Shown: positions 11,139-21,774 of the stretch, piece after piece | Numbering within the stretch: the first letter of the stretch is position 1 | Layout: each line of letters opens with the position of its first letter | NCBI GenBank assembly: GCA_965214835.1 | Contig: CBDCCK010000002.1 | Coordinates: 1,856,001 to 1,920,000, forward strand | DNA length: 64,000 bases | Direction of reading: 5' to 3' | DNA from: Nitrosopumilaceae archaeon | Lineage (GTDB): Archaea > Thermoproteota > Nitrososphaeria > Nitrososphaerales > Nitrosopumilaceae | Notes under the pieces: generated by a model | Told to the model about the DNA's origin: nothing | Seen by the model: the letters and a program-made list of their open reading frames with translations, nothing else | The model's database searches: none | Translations under genes and position numbers: made by a program

Positions 11139-12831
11139 GTATGAGGTCACCTACCCCCTAGATTATTTTGGCTACCTCAGCCACAATGGACTTGCCCTGC
11201 AGCTTCCACGTCGACGTGCATGTGTTGAACCATCCATACCTGTTCATCCAGACCAGGCCGCCCTTGATCTGACCGCTTATCTTGTCCTGCAGTACGACGG
11301 GGCGCAGCACCCGCTCTGCGTTATTGTTGGTGGGCTCTACGCCCTCGTATTCCAGGAACGCAAACAGGCCCGGCAGGGCATTGTACATCCTCTTGACAAG
11401 AGATTTCAGCGATTCGTCCTGCGTATCCCTGTATCCGAACAGAACGTTGCGCATCATGGTCTCAAACAGCGGGGCGCAGCTCCGACGAGTGCCTGCCCAT
11501 CAGCCCGTCGGCCGCCCTTATCCCCGTCCTCTCCTCAAGATCCAAGAGCTTCTCCCTAGACAGCTCGTCCCGTCCTTTGAGGCACGCCTTGGCGTCCTTG
11601 AACAGCTGCTGTCCCTGCCGGTATAGGACTCCTGCAAACAGGGGGGCGTCCTTTTTCTGCCAGCCATACAGGAGGGCTCGCAGCTCGTGCGCCCAGCACC
11701 TCTGGTGCCTTCCCCCCGGATCGAACCTCTTGTATGCAGGATATCCGTCCGATGTGACGACGCCCTCGTACCCGTTCATGTACTGGTCCAGGACCCGGGC
11801 CGCCCTTGTATCACTGTATGTCATGAATATGCCCGCTGCCGATAGTGTGGTCCACACCCATCCCAGCCTGCCTGCCAGGTTGATCCCCGTCTCGTCTATG
11901 CAGGCGGTCTTTGAGCTTTTTACCTCCTCTGCGATGGCCTCGGCAGGCGCCTTTGCGGCGTCGCAGACGCGTCCTATGCTGTTGATTGCAGTTGATTTTG
12001 ACATGTCCACGCCCAGGATATCTGACATTATGCCCGGGATCCTGCCGTATGGGACGCCCTCGCTGCGCAGCTTGGTGACGGCTGTGACTATACTCGTGTC
12101 GTAGTTGCCGCATCTGGGCAGGTCGCTGGGGGCAGTGTGACATGTGCCGCATCTCGGGCATACTGCCCTCTGTATCTCGTGGCGCGTTTCGGTGGCCTCG
12201 ATCTTAAACCCCATCATGTCGCGCACCTGAGGCTTTTTCATGATCTCTGTGGTGGTGCCGCACTTGCACTCCGGCGCCCGTCCACCCGGAAAGTCGTGCC
12301 TTTGCACCCTGGTGGGCCGGTGGATGTGTGATACGCCCTTGTGGCCCTTCTGGCCGCCGGGCTTTTTCCTGTCCTTGGCTCCGTCCTCCCCGGCTGCAGC
12401 ATCGGACCTGGCCCTCTCCTTTCTCCTCTGCGCCTTTTGCTCCTTGCACGCCAGCGAGTCCGCCGACGGGGGCGAGTTCTCGTAGTATCGGAGCCTGTTG
12501 CCCTGCTCCTTGATGGTCTTGTTTAGCTTTTCAATGGTCTTGTTTAGCTTTTCAATGGCCTTGTTTAGCTTTTCAATGGTCCTGCCCTGCTCCTTGTTGA
12601 TCCTGCTTAGTTCCTTGTTGATCCTGCCCTGCTCTTCAATGATATTGTCACGCTCCTTGAGGTCCTTTTTTTAGATTCCTTAGCGTCTCCGTGGGTGATA
12701 CTGTAGATGCCTCGATCTTGCAGCATGTGAGGAGCTGACCTTTCATAATACCTAGTCTACACGATCATAGTATATGGATCGGTGTCGTCAGGAATATTTA
12801 ACATAATGTGGGGGGTTAGGTGACCTCATAC
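11139..12831 (-). mobile_element. IS66-family element of a second type, with a frameshifted transposase
   Basis: TIRs GTATGAGGTCACCTA / TAGGTGACCTCATAC. Motifs 'IDETG', 'SDGYPAY', 'HQRCWAH' and 'PTNNNAERVLR'. Confidence 0.85.
12520..12582 (-). repeat. 21-bp tandem repeat (three copies) encoding heptads in the IS66 N-terminal coiled coil
   Basis: TTGTTTAGCTTTTCAATGGYC repeated. Confidence 0.8.
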
Positions 12832-12839
12832 GTTTTTTT

Positions 12840-12932
12840 GTATGTGGTCACGTCCCCCCGTTGGCCAGGCGTGAAAATCATAACCATACATGCCAATTCG
12901 TGCCTGATTGGTAGGGGTAGGTGACCTCGTAC
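12840..12932. repeat. 93-bp IS66-type MITE; second copy at 21088-21180 and a related element at 60994-61085
   Basis: GTATGTGGTCAC...GTGACCTCGTAC ends. 8-bp target-site duplications GTTTTTTT here and GTTCATCA at 21080/21181. Confidence 0.85.
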
Positions 12933-12940
12933 GTTTTTTT

Positions 12941-13274
12941 TAATACCGCATTGGCCACGGCGTACTCTTCGACTATCTTCTTGAGCGATTCGATCTCCTT
13001 TTGCTGCCGCTCCTCGGTTGACTTGTGGCCCCTGCCCGACAGTGAGGCGCGTCCTGCCTGCAAAAAGCGCTCCCTCCACTGATAAAACGTCCTAGGGGAG
13101 AGGTTGTGACGGCGGCACAGCTCCGCCGTCTCGATGTTGGTGCTCAGGTGCCCCCATGACTATCCCTATCTTGTCCTGTGCACTCCATGTTTTCTTGCCC
13201 ATGTCTGTGATTCGACCTCCTGACTCAAAAAGTGTGCGAAAAAAAGCGTTCCTATTCTAGCGGGGTTCGCACCA
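12941..13274 (-). mobile_element. IS3-family left end plus orfA remnant
   Basis: TIR TGGTGCGAACCCC resembles the end at 55211. OrfA 'ETAELCRRHNLSP' is homologous to 54852-55139. Confidence 0.75.
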
Positions 13275-13516
13275 AAGCACATGCATAACGAGGGGTTGAT
13301 CCATCGCCCTGACTACGGTGGGGGTGTTTTTATCATGTGTTTAACAAACTACTCTTCACTACACCGGAAGTACCGCATCAAATTATCCCAGGCTCGAAAC
13401 AATTCAGATGAGGACGTCTGCAGATCCGCATGTCGCCTCCACCTCCACGAGTCGGTTGCTTCTGGGAAGACTGATGGAACCACCTAATTTAAGTACCCAT
13501 TCGGTATCGCATAGAC

Positions 13517-13912
13517 ATGGATAGCACTGTCAGAGAAACATCAATCAAGATATTAGAATCATTGAAAAAAACTTTGGAAAAAGGCAATTTGAGTAATGCT
13601 CATAATTTTGGCACTATTCTCACTGAAATTTCGGTTATGCTGGATTCGAAGGTGGGAGTCTTTATTGGCGAAATCGTCGAGTCTTCTTTCCTACAGTTAT
13701 TTAGAGAAGCATCCACGTATGAGATTAACAGTGAGGAACATACCAAAGAAATACAAGCGTTGAATTCATGTGTGAATGATTTGATAAGTGCGATCAGATC
13801 CGGTGAAAACAACAATATTTATTCTGCTCTGCTTGAACTCAGGTTTTATGCAACAAAAAGTCAATATGATATGCCTAGTAAATACAAGCGTCGTCCTACT
13901 CGGTTTAGGTGA
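13517..13912 (+). CDS. Hypothetical helical protein, first gene of a three-gene operon
   Basis: Low-GC 131-aa ORF, TTTAAGTA box upstream, overlaps the next gene. Confidence 0.7.
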   Translation: MDSTVRETSIKILESLKKTLEKGNLSNAHNFGTILTEISVMLDSKVGVFIGEIVESSFLQLFREASTYEINSEEHTKEIQALNSCVNDLISAIRSGENNNIYSALLELRFYATKSQYDMPSKYKRRPTRFR

Positions 13913-14385
13913 AAATGGTGGTTTCTAAGAACTGGGATAAAAAAGAGCAAGAAATTGAGCAAGAACAACATGAACTCCATTCGATATTAAAACGCGATCA
14001 GAAAAACATGTTAGATACAACAGGATATGAGAACTTTAGCAGTTATGATGTTGAACGTTCTTCAATACTGAGGAAACAATACACCGATGAGACAGAGCAG
14101 GCACGACTTGTTGCATACGTACAATTCTTACTAGAGCGGGAAGAAAGCCAAGCAGAAGAAATTTCGAAAATGCAAAAAGAAATCTCGGAGCTGCAGAAGA
14201 GTCATAGGCGTATGCATCTTGATGACCTGCTTGAACAAAACGAGATCAGCAGAAAAGCGTTGGAATCCATTCTTGGCAACGAATCCGATGATGTGGACAC
14301 AACATCCCTTGATGGGCTACTGAAGGATTATGTAGATCCAGAACAAAATTCACAAGAGTTGGTAAGATCTGTCAGGGATAACTGA
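13909..14385 (+). CDS. Coiled-coil protein, putative antitoxin
   Basis: Acidic and coiled-coil. C-terminus 'SLDGLLK...SQELVRSVRD' resembles archaeal VapB tails. Lies directly upstream of the PIN gene. Confidence 0.55.
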   Translation: MKMVVSKNWDKKEQEIEQEQHELHSILKRDQKNMLDTTGYENFSSYDVERSSILRKQYTDETEQARLVAYVQFLLEREESQAEEISKMQKEISELQKSHRRMHLDDLLEQNEISRKALESILGNESDDVDTTSLDGLLKDYVDPEQNSQELVRSVRDN

Positions 14386-14392
14386 TAACAGG

Positions 14393-15046
14393 TTGGTTTA
14401 CTACGATACCAATGTTTGGGTATCCTACATGCTAGGTGACAAAGACGCCTATTATGCCCACTGCAAGCCTTTGGTTGAGAATGTAGAAAACAGGAAAAAA
14501 ATCGCCGTCGTTTCATATTTGGTAATCATTGAAGTCATACATGTATTGAGACAAAGAATCACTGAGAAAAGCAAGTTTGTCGGTGATGGGAGAATAGAGC
14601 GCGATGGAATCATTGCCAGAGCAAATGCCCTTGTAGTCGAGTTTATATCCATTATAGACACATTGTCCAAAGAACAGAAAATAATAATAGCAAGATCAGG
14701 CCAAAAAATCCACGAACATCACCACACAGTCATGAAAAAAATGGTGGGTTATTTTGGACATGTCAGAACTGTAAGCGTGTGCCCTAATTGTAAAAAAAGG
14801 TGGGTTGGCAGAGAAAGCCAGAACAATTGCCCGTCATGCAAAAGCGGCCACAGGTTGCTAAGCAAATATCAGTACAAGGCATTGGGCCACGCAGACATGG
14901 AACATGCATATCTTGCCAGATGCAGCTCCGTTCCATTATTCTACTCCACGGACAAGTCATTTGGTGATTTGAGAAACGATTCTGACTTTGGCCAAACAAT
15001 TTTTAAAATAATTCCAAATCCCTCAATACGTGGTCATTTCTCATGA
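14393..15046 (+). CDS. PIN-domain (VapC-like) nuclease with an inserted CxxC...CxxC zinc ribbon
   Basis: PIN motifs 'YYDTNVW', 'VIIEV', 'ADMEH' and 'STDKSF'; zinc ribbon CPNC...CPSC. Confidence 0.8.
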   Translation: MVYYDTNVWVSYMLGDKDAYYAHCKPLVENVENRKKIAVVSYLVIIEVIHVLRQRITEKSKFVGDGRIERDGIIARANALVVEFISIIDTLSKEQKIIIARSGQKIHEHHHTVMKKMVGYFGHVRTVSVCPNCKKRWVGRESQNNCPSCKSGHRLLSKYQYKALGHADMEHAYLARCSSVPLFYSTDKSFGDLRNDSDFGQTIFKIIPNPSIRGHFS

Positions 15047-15057
15047 TTATCCTCAGT

Positions 15058-16531
15058 AGACTTTATGCGTAATCGACCGGGATTGAAAACTCCGCGGGGT
15101 TTTCCGGGCGTGGATGCATCGATCAGATCAAGCTACCGCATGCGGATATATCATGACGCGCGCAAGAATCGGCCCGTGCCAAAAAGACGTGCGCAACCTT
15201 GCAGCACGGTGATGTGCCCCGCTGACAAGTCAGAAAAAAGGCGGCCCGTACCGCCGCACGTCATATGTCAAGCAGATGGCGGTACTTTTTCTTTTCTAGT
15301 ATCGTCTTGAGGTTCTCAAGACCCGTAATTACCCGCATGAAATAGTTTAGATCCTTGGCAGTTCCGCCAAACGGTACCGTCAGGATGGCATATTTCTTGA
15401 ACTTCCCTATGTGGTGCTCCACCTTGACGCGGACCCTGCTGATCTGCTTGCGGCGCCTCTTCTGCGTTTTGGTGAGCTCCCCGTCTCTGGGCTTCTTGGG
15501 AGGCTGCCTGTGTATGGCGCCCGGAAGCATCTTTTGGATGCCCTCAAAGCCCAGGTCACTGTAAACTGTAAATGCACTTTCAGGATCGTCGGCGTTTTCT
15601 GCCTTCATTGCTTTTGTGTGCCTTCAAGTCCGGGACACCTCCTGCGTTCATCAGGCCCTTGTCGTTGACGCTGCCGTCTGCAGTCTCGCTGCAGTCCAGC
15701 GCAAGGCTGTCCAGGTTCGTGGTGACCAGCGTGTTGTACATGTGCCTCTTTTTCCTTCCCGTGTACCGTGTCTTTCTTGCGGTCTTGTCCCCGGGCCTGA
15801 CTACGGGAGTCAGGGTTCCGTCAGTCAGGATCGTCATTTTTGGGATCAGCTCCTCTATCCTGCCTGCCGGGGTCTTGCGGATGACGCCCGCTATCTTTTC
15901 GGCAGTAGGCAGTATCTTGCGCAGTATCACGATACAGTACTGGAGGTACCTGGATATGGTGGACTGGTCGACGTCAAATGTTGCGGCCAGGTGGTGCTGC
16001 GTCGCACTGGTCCTCAGGCTCATGAGCTCTGCAAGCAGCGCGTGCCTGATGTGCAGCTTGCACCGGTTTCCGGCATCGCCGCTCCTTGCGTCATCCTCCC
16101 AGGACAGGGGCCTGTCCTTATCGGCCATGACCGCCTCTGTAAAGCGCTCCAGTATTATCTTAAATGACTTCTTTGTGCATCCAGTGACGCTGCCAAGGCG
16201 CACCGGGTCGTCGACTATGCCGTCTGCAAGCTCGATTGCGTGCATCCGCAGTGCCCGGCCGCCGCGCACGATTCTTTCTGTCTTGTTTTCCTCGGACTGC
16301 CACAGCGAGTCCTCAAACGCAAGCCTGTTCCTTGGATGCTCGTTTTGCTTGGAGAACGGGCATGTTTTGTTCTACCAGACTCTTGTTTTGCTCTTGCAGT
16401 GTTTGGACAAGCTCGACATCTGAACCCATACCATCAGAGAACCATTGCTGATCTTTATGGTTGTAGGTATGCAAACCATGATCTGTTGTGTTGTATTTTT
16501 AGATCAGATTTGCCAATTACGCATAAAGTCT
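15058..16531 (-). mobile_element. IS5-family (DDE_Tnp_4) element with the transposase in overlapping frames
   Basis: TIR AGACTTTATGCGTAAT at both ends. Motifs 'TDGT', 'YTGRKKRH', 'DLGFEG' and 'RVKVEHHIG'. Confidence 0.85.
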
Positions 16532-16707
16532 AATAGTCTGCAGTTATGTTATCGAATTTGAGCCACATCTCATCGACGGCCTCCCGGGTTGGTATGTCCA
16601 TATTCTTGTACATCTAGGTAACCGGTTGTTTTTTTATAAGTTCCGGTTTTCACAGCTAAGTTGTATTATAGCAACGAGCAGAAATAATTGAGGTTTTTTA
16701 CGTGTAG

Positions 16708-17564
16708 TTATGACCTATTTTGACTCAAAGACTTCTGCCCGTTGCTATATTGACCGTCCCTGTCGGTCTGCCACAGGACGCCGTTTACCCATCCGTCAAA
16801 ATCACCCATCAGCGCAGCAGACGCCGGCCATGCTGCCGCAATCAGGATTACGGGCACAAGCCACAACAGCATCCGCCCCGGCCTCCTGCCTGCAGACCAG
16901 ACCAAGACGAGGATCAGCGGGATCATCACAAGCGAGGGGATCTTGACAAGCAAGGCGCATCCCATGCAGACGCCCGACAGGAGGACCAGCATGCTGGTCT
17001 TGTCCGGGGCTTGCGGCGGCGGCACTCCCTTGGACGGGCCGCGTGCATACATGGCAAGCAGAACAGAGGACAGGACGAACGGGAGAAGGATCGAGTCCAG
17101 CAGAACCAGCCTGAGCGTCAGCGATACGGGCATTGCCGCAAACAGAACCGCCGCAATCGGTGCGGCTCTGCGCCCGAACCACCCCTCCGTTATCTTGTAT
17201 ACCAGAAAGGTGTCCAGGACCGCAAGCAGGCCCATGAGGATGCGCGGGCCCCATAAAGCATCCCGAGCAAGGACGCATCCTCCGGCGTTGCAACAGAGTC
17301 GGGGTATCCGATGACATGAAAGAATCCGGCCAGTATCGTCCAGCCAAGGAACGGGTGGTCGTGCTTGTCTGACAATATCTTATGATCCATGGCATCCAAG
17401 GCACGATCTATGTAGATCGGCTCATCTCCGTGCCACGGCGGAAATCCCGCCGGGTTCCACAGGTGCGTATATGCAGAAAGCACCAGTATTGCAACAAGCA
17501 GGAGGAGCGGCCCGTGCCCTGACAGGCGCCCCGTGTGAAGAGCGAGGTATCCGAGGCCAAGCAT
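16708..17564 (-). pseudogene. GT-C (PMT_2/ArnT-like) membrane glycosyltransferase, frameshifted and truncated
   Basis: Motifs 'GDEPIY', 'DHPFLGW', multiple TM helices and 'LLVKIP'. Confidence 0.7.
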
Positions 17565-17714
17565 GTGTTATCCTTACCCGCCAGTCAAATAACGGTTTAG
17601 CCAGCTTCGGAGTTAGGACACTGCATTCAGTCTTCCCAGTAGCCCACAAAACGGCTTCAAACGATGTTTCACATGGAAATTAGTTCCGCCCCTCATTAGT
17701 AATCCTTCTCCATC

Positions 17715-17961
17715 CAGTCTTCCCAGAAGTACGTGATTCATGACTGTGCAGATGGTGGCGGGCGAATCTGCAGGCATCATAATTTGATTTGTTTTAAATC
17801 CGAGGCCGTTTTCCGGGTTACTTCTGGGAAGACTGATACACAGTCTTCCCAAAAGTACCACATCAAATTATCCCAGGCTCGAAGCAATTCAAACGAGGCT
17901 GCCTGCATACCCGCTTGCCACCTCCTGCGCCGCCACGAGTCGGTTGCTTCTGGGAAGACTG
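17715..17961. repeat. Two tandem ~121-bp MITEs; further copies at 42243-42363 and 49577-49697, partials at 7107-7139 and 13364-13473
   Basis: TIR CAGTCTTCCCA(G/A)AAG ... CTTCTGGGAAGACTG. Confidence 0.85.
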
Positions 17962-18032
17962 GTAAATGAGGAGATGATTATGTCAGAATCAGCAAAATCC
18001 TTAATGAAAGTTTTAAAAAAGACCCGATCCGT

Positions 18033-18737
18033 ATGATGTGTGAGAAGATGGCAGAGGAAATAGTATACCTATCCATTGACTTGAAAAATTTGTTAGGTCG
18101 CTCTTTGAACGACATCGAAGAGAAATTCGCACCGCCAACAATATACTTCCAAGGAGCAATAGATATTCCATTGCCATGTCCAAGAGTTTCAGTTATTGGT
18201 ACAAGAGAACCAACAGAAGAAGGGCTTAATGCAGCAGAGCACGTTGTTGAAACTCTTGTAAAAAATAACGTCATCATTGTAAGTGGACTTGCAAAAGGAA
18301 TTGATTCGGCAGCACACAAAGCTGCCATCAAGAATGGGGGCAGAACAATTGCAGTTATTGGAACGCCATTAAACAAAGTATATCCAAAAGAAAATGCAGA
18401 ACTGCAAGAAGAACTTATGGAGAACCATCTAGTAATATCACAATATCCTGTAGGTTACAAAACTACTCCCAAAGACTTTGTATTTAGAAATCGTACAATG
18501 GCATTAATCTCTGATGCTTCTGTAATTGTGGAAGCAGGGGATGGGAGTGGAACATTATACCAAGGATGGGAGACATTGAGATTGGGAAGACCATTGTTCA
18601 TTTGTAAATCTGCGGTTCACAACTCAAAATTAGAATGGCCAAAGGAGATGATAAAACATGGTGCCGTAGAGCTTGATGAGACTACAGACATCTTAGAAAT
18701 TCTTCCGTCAAATGTTAAAATGCCAGAATTGTTTTAG
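18033..18737 (+). CDS. DprA/Smf-like Rossmann-fold protein
   Basis: Motifs 'VIGTR', 'IVSGLAKGIDSAAH', 'FVFRNR' and 'IVEAGDGSGT'. Confidence 0.9.
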   Translation: MMCEKMAEEIVYLSIDLKNLLGRSLNDIEEKFAPPTIYFQGAIDIPLPCPRVSVIGTREPTEEGLNAAEHVVETLVKNNVIIVSGLAKGIDSAAHKAAIKNGGRTIAVIGTPLNKVYPKENAELQEELMENHLVISQYPVGYKTTPKDFVFRNRTMALISDASVIVEAGDGSGTLYQGWETLRLGRPLFICKSAVHNSKLEWPKEMIKHGAVELDETTDILEILPSNVKMPELF

Positions 18738-18748
18738 TAATAGTCACA

Positions 18749-19396
18749 ATGGACATATCTGAGATAGACTTTGGTTCCTTACTGAGTTATTCTGTCCGTG
18801 GTACATCAAAAAAAGCTGAGGAGTCCAAATCAGCTATGAGGAATCTTAAACGAGATAATGTTTTGAGTTCAGATATCCTAACATCAGAATATGTTGTACA
18901 AGCAATGAGAAAAGAAATTGATGGTTGCCCATTTGTGGATTTTTTCAATTCTAATACAATTCTTGTACCCATTCCAAAAAGTTCATTGCCAGTAGCAGGA
19001 ATGCTTTGGGTACCAGAACGCATTACAACAGCACTTGTCAACAATGGATTAGGCAGATCATCTGAATCATGTTTGGAACGAGTTACTGAAGTGGCAAGAT
19101 CATCGGGTCAAAGGATTGGTTCTAGAAGGCCAAGTCCGTCAGAGCATTATGAATCGATGAGGGTTAGAGAATTGTTATTTGAACCTGAAGAAATAGTTGT
19201 AGTTGATGATGTTGTTACTAGGGGTGCTACATTTCTTGGTGCAGTAAATAGACTTGCGGAAGCATTTCCAGATACAAAAATCCGGGCATTTGCTGTAATG
19301 AGATCAATATATGATGATGACAGTTTTGTAGATATTGTTGATCCACGCGTAGGAAAAATTACTATGTCTAACGATACTCCACACAGAGAACCATAA
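18749..19396 (+). CDS. ComF-like type I phosphoribosyltransferase
   Basis: 'ILVPIPKS' and the PRPP-binding loop 'VVVDDVVTRGATF'. Confidence 0.85.
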   Translation: MDISEIDFGSLLSYSVRGTSKKAEESKSAMRNLKRDNVLSSDILTSEYVVQAMRKEIDGCPFVDFFNSNTILVPIPKSSLPVAGMLWVPERITTALVNNGLGRSSESCLERVTEVARSSGQRIGSRRPSPSEHYESMRVRELLFEPEEIVVVDDVVTRGATFLGAVNRLAEAFPDTKIRAFAVMRSIYDDDSFVDIVDPRVGKITMSNDTPHREP

Positions 19397-19715
19397 TTTT
19401 GAAAAAAAGATTCACAGATCCATCACCATTCATGCAATATCACCAAGCTTTACGCGTAATCGGTTCAGATCTAGGATCATGACGAACAAATTCATCTCAT
19501 TCAGGCCAATTACGCATAAAGTCTATAGGGGCAAAGGTCAACATAAATTACGAGTACTCTAACAAGAAAAAACACCTGATTATGGAAATCAGAAGTGATG
19601 ACTTTAAGATATGTACCCCAAAAAAAGTACCAGACAAGCCACACTTTTGGAGCAGGAAGCAGATATGGTTGGTTCACTACAAGAAAGAGGGAGAGCCCGA
19701 CATTAGGAAGCTGAA

Positions 19716-20144
19716 ATGAAGCACGAGTTAGTAGAATTCAACACCATAAGGCAGGAATACAGCGAGTATGAAACTGAGAACGGTCTGAGGATGAAGGTGA
19801 TGCCAACAGTTATCCGCATAGTCAACGAGGATGGTGCAAATGGGGTAGGGAAAAGCAAGGTAACGGCTGTTACTGTAGCAGTGGTAGTAGCACCTCAGGG
19901 TTTTAACAGGTCCGGCCTAAAAGAGCGCACGGGCCCCACAACCAATGCAGACGAAACATGCGAGCTTTCCTTTAAACTTGTCAAGAAGGCCTTCAACATA
20001 TATGAGACAAAAAAGTTCATCATCGTGGTAGGAATCAAGCTAACCAAAGTGTATGGCACAGACAAAGTAAACAATATTGGCGAGCCAATACTACACTATG
20101 AGCATAAGAATTTGCTCAATATGATAGAAAAGCCTGATCTGTAA
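19716..20144 (+). CDS. Hypothetical protein, probable distant homolog of 7207-7695
   Basis: 'EYSEYETENG' and 'FNIYET...NNIGEPI' follow the same two-unit pattern. Confidence 0.55.
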   Translation: MKHELVEFNTIRQEYSEYETENGLRMKVMPTVIRIVNEDGANGVGKSKVTAVTVAVVVAPQGFNRSGLKERTGPTTNADETCELSFKLVKKAFNIYETKKFIIVVGIKLTKVYGTDKVNNIGEPILHYEHKNLLNMIEKPDL

Positions 20145-20154
20145 AACGTAAGAG

Positions 20155-20245
20155 ACGTTATATCAAATCTTATCTGTGGCGGACGCCATATTATCCGTGT
20201 TGGGCCCAAGAGCCGAAATAACTTTGCCACATACGAGGGCGTGTA
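20155..20245 (+). mobile_element. IS110 subfamily-A left-end remnant
   Basis: Near-identical to 53048-53138 and preceded by GTAAGAG. Confidence 0.75.
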
Positions 20246-20255
20246 TGATCTGGAC

Positions 20256-21487
20256 TAGTAACTATGCGTAGTAACCAATCACAAAAAGGACAAGAAATTT
20301 TCACCAAAGGATCTAAGATCCGGTACAACGTAACAATACGCATGAAACCAGACGACTCAATGATTCCAATAGGGGGCAAGTTTCTTCCCAACGTCTCGGC
20401 CCCGTCCCTCCTTAAGAGGTACAAAAATGAGACCGACTCCAAGGCCGCAGCCAGGCTGATGGCCTACATACGGCGCAAAAAAGGCGACTCGATACGCCAG
20501 ATAGCCGAGCATCTCGGCCGGGGATACTCTACGATACGCGACTGGCTGATACGGGCCATGCAGCTTGGCATACAGGGCAGGTACGACATCAAGAGGCCCG
20601 GCACCAAGATGTGGCTGGATGCAGGGCAGCTCAAGCAGGTGCGCGCCGACCTGATTGCGGGCCCGCGCAGCTGCGGATTAGAGTCGGAGGTGTGGACCGC
20701 ACCGCTGCTTGCAGTGCACATCAAAAAGAAATACAAGGTAGACTATGCCGTCTCCAGCGTATACAAGATACTGCACATGCCTGGGCTTTTCATGCAGGAG
20801 GCCGCGCCCAAAACACCCAAAATCAGCCTCAGAATCCGAGAAAGAGGAGTTCAAAAAAAAGCTAGGTGGTACGTGAGGTACCATTCAAAGAGGGGGTACA
20901 CTAATGATAGGGGACGAGTCCTCGTTCATCCAGGGATGGAACGTCAAGAACAGCTGGTATATCGCGGGAAGGCCGGTCTACGCGCCGTCCAACCTGTCAA
21001 AGGAGAGGTTCTATTCGATCGGGGCCCTGTCGGCAAACGGACTTGACTGCCGCTTTTACAAAAAGGCCAACAAGTACACGTTCATCAGTATGTGGTCACG
21101 TCCCCCTACTAGCTAGGCATGAAGATCACAATCATTCATGCTAATTCGTGCCTGATTGATAGAGATAGGTGACCACATACGTTCATCAGGTTTCTCAAGG
21201 TGCTGCGCCGCAAGTACGGCAAGGTGCTGCTGTTTGTCGACAACGCATCGTATCACAAGTCAGCAGAACTCAGTAGAAAGATGGCCAAGTGGAACGGGGA
21301 CGTGGTGCTAAAGTACCTGCCGCCGTACATGCCGGAGCTTAACAACTCGGAGGGGCAGTGGCGCGAGTTCAAAAAGGCGACTTCAAACTGCCTTTACAAG
21401 ACCGTCAAGGAGATGCAGAGATCACTGCGCAGTATGACGCGCAGGGGCGAGATAAAGGTGGTAAAGATGAACAAATGGCTGACGTAG
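20256..21487 (+). pseudogene. IS630-family transposase, frameshifted and interrupted by the MITE at 21088-21180
   Basis: Motifs 'GDESSF', 'VDNASYH' and 'LPPYMPELNNSE'; A8 slippery run at ~20853. Confidence 0.85.
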
Positions 21488-21682
21488 ATACTACGTACAG
21501 AGCGCATTGCAACGCCACACGATGCCGCACGACATTGTAGTTTTTACCAGCTGGAATGATCCGTAGATATACGATATACGGACTCTGCCGCCCATGTACA
21601 CGTCATGTGATGCCGTCAGCCTTGCATGTGTGGCCGACCACCGTCGGAATGTTTCGATCCGGTCGATTACGCATAAGGTCTA
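21487..21682 (+). mobile_element. 3' tail and TIR of the 49776-type IS5 element
   Basis: Reverse-complement match to 49776-49971. Confidence 0.8.
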
Positions 21683-21774
21683 CTATTTCAGTCCGGAGAA
21701 GATCCAGGTTTCATGTCCCGAAGATTGCATAGAACCGCGGAATGAAATATTCATATGAAACATGTTTATTATAC

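Noticed and set aside
18033-19396. Natural competence locus (dprA/comF)
   Set aside because: No other uptake genes are present, and the low-GC, IS-flanked context fits a defence module better.
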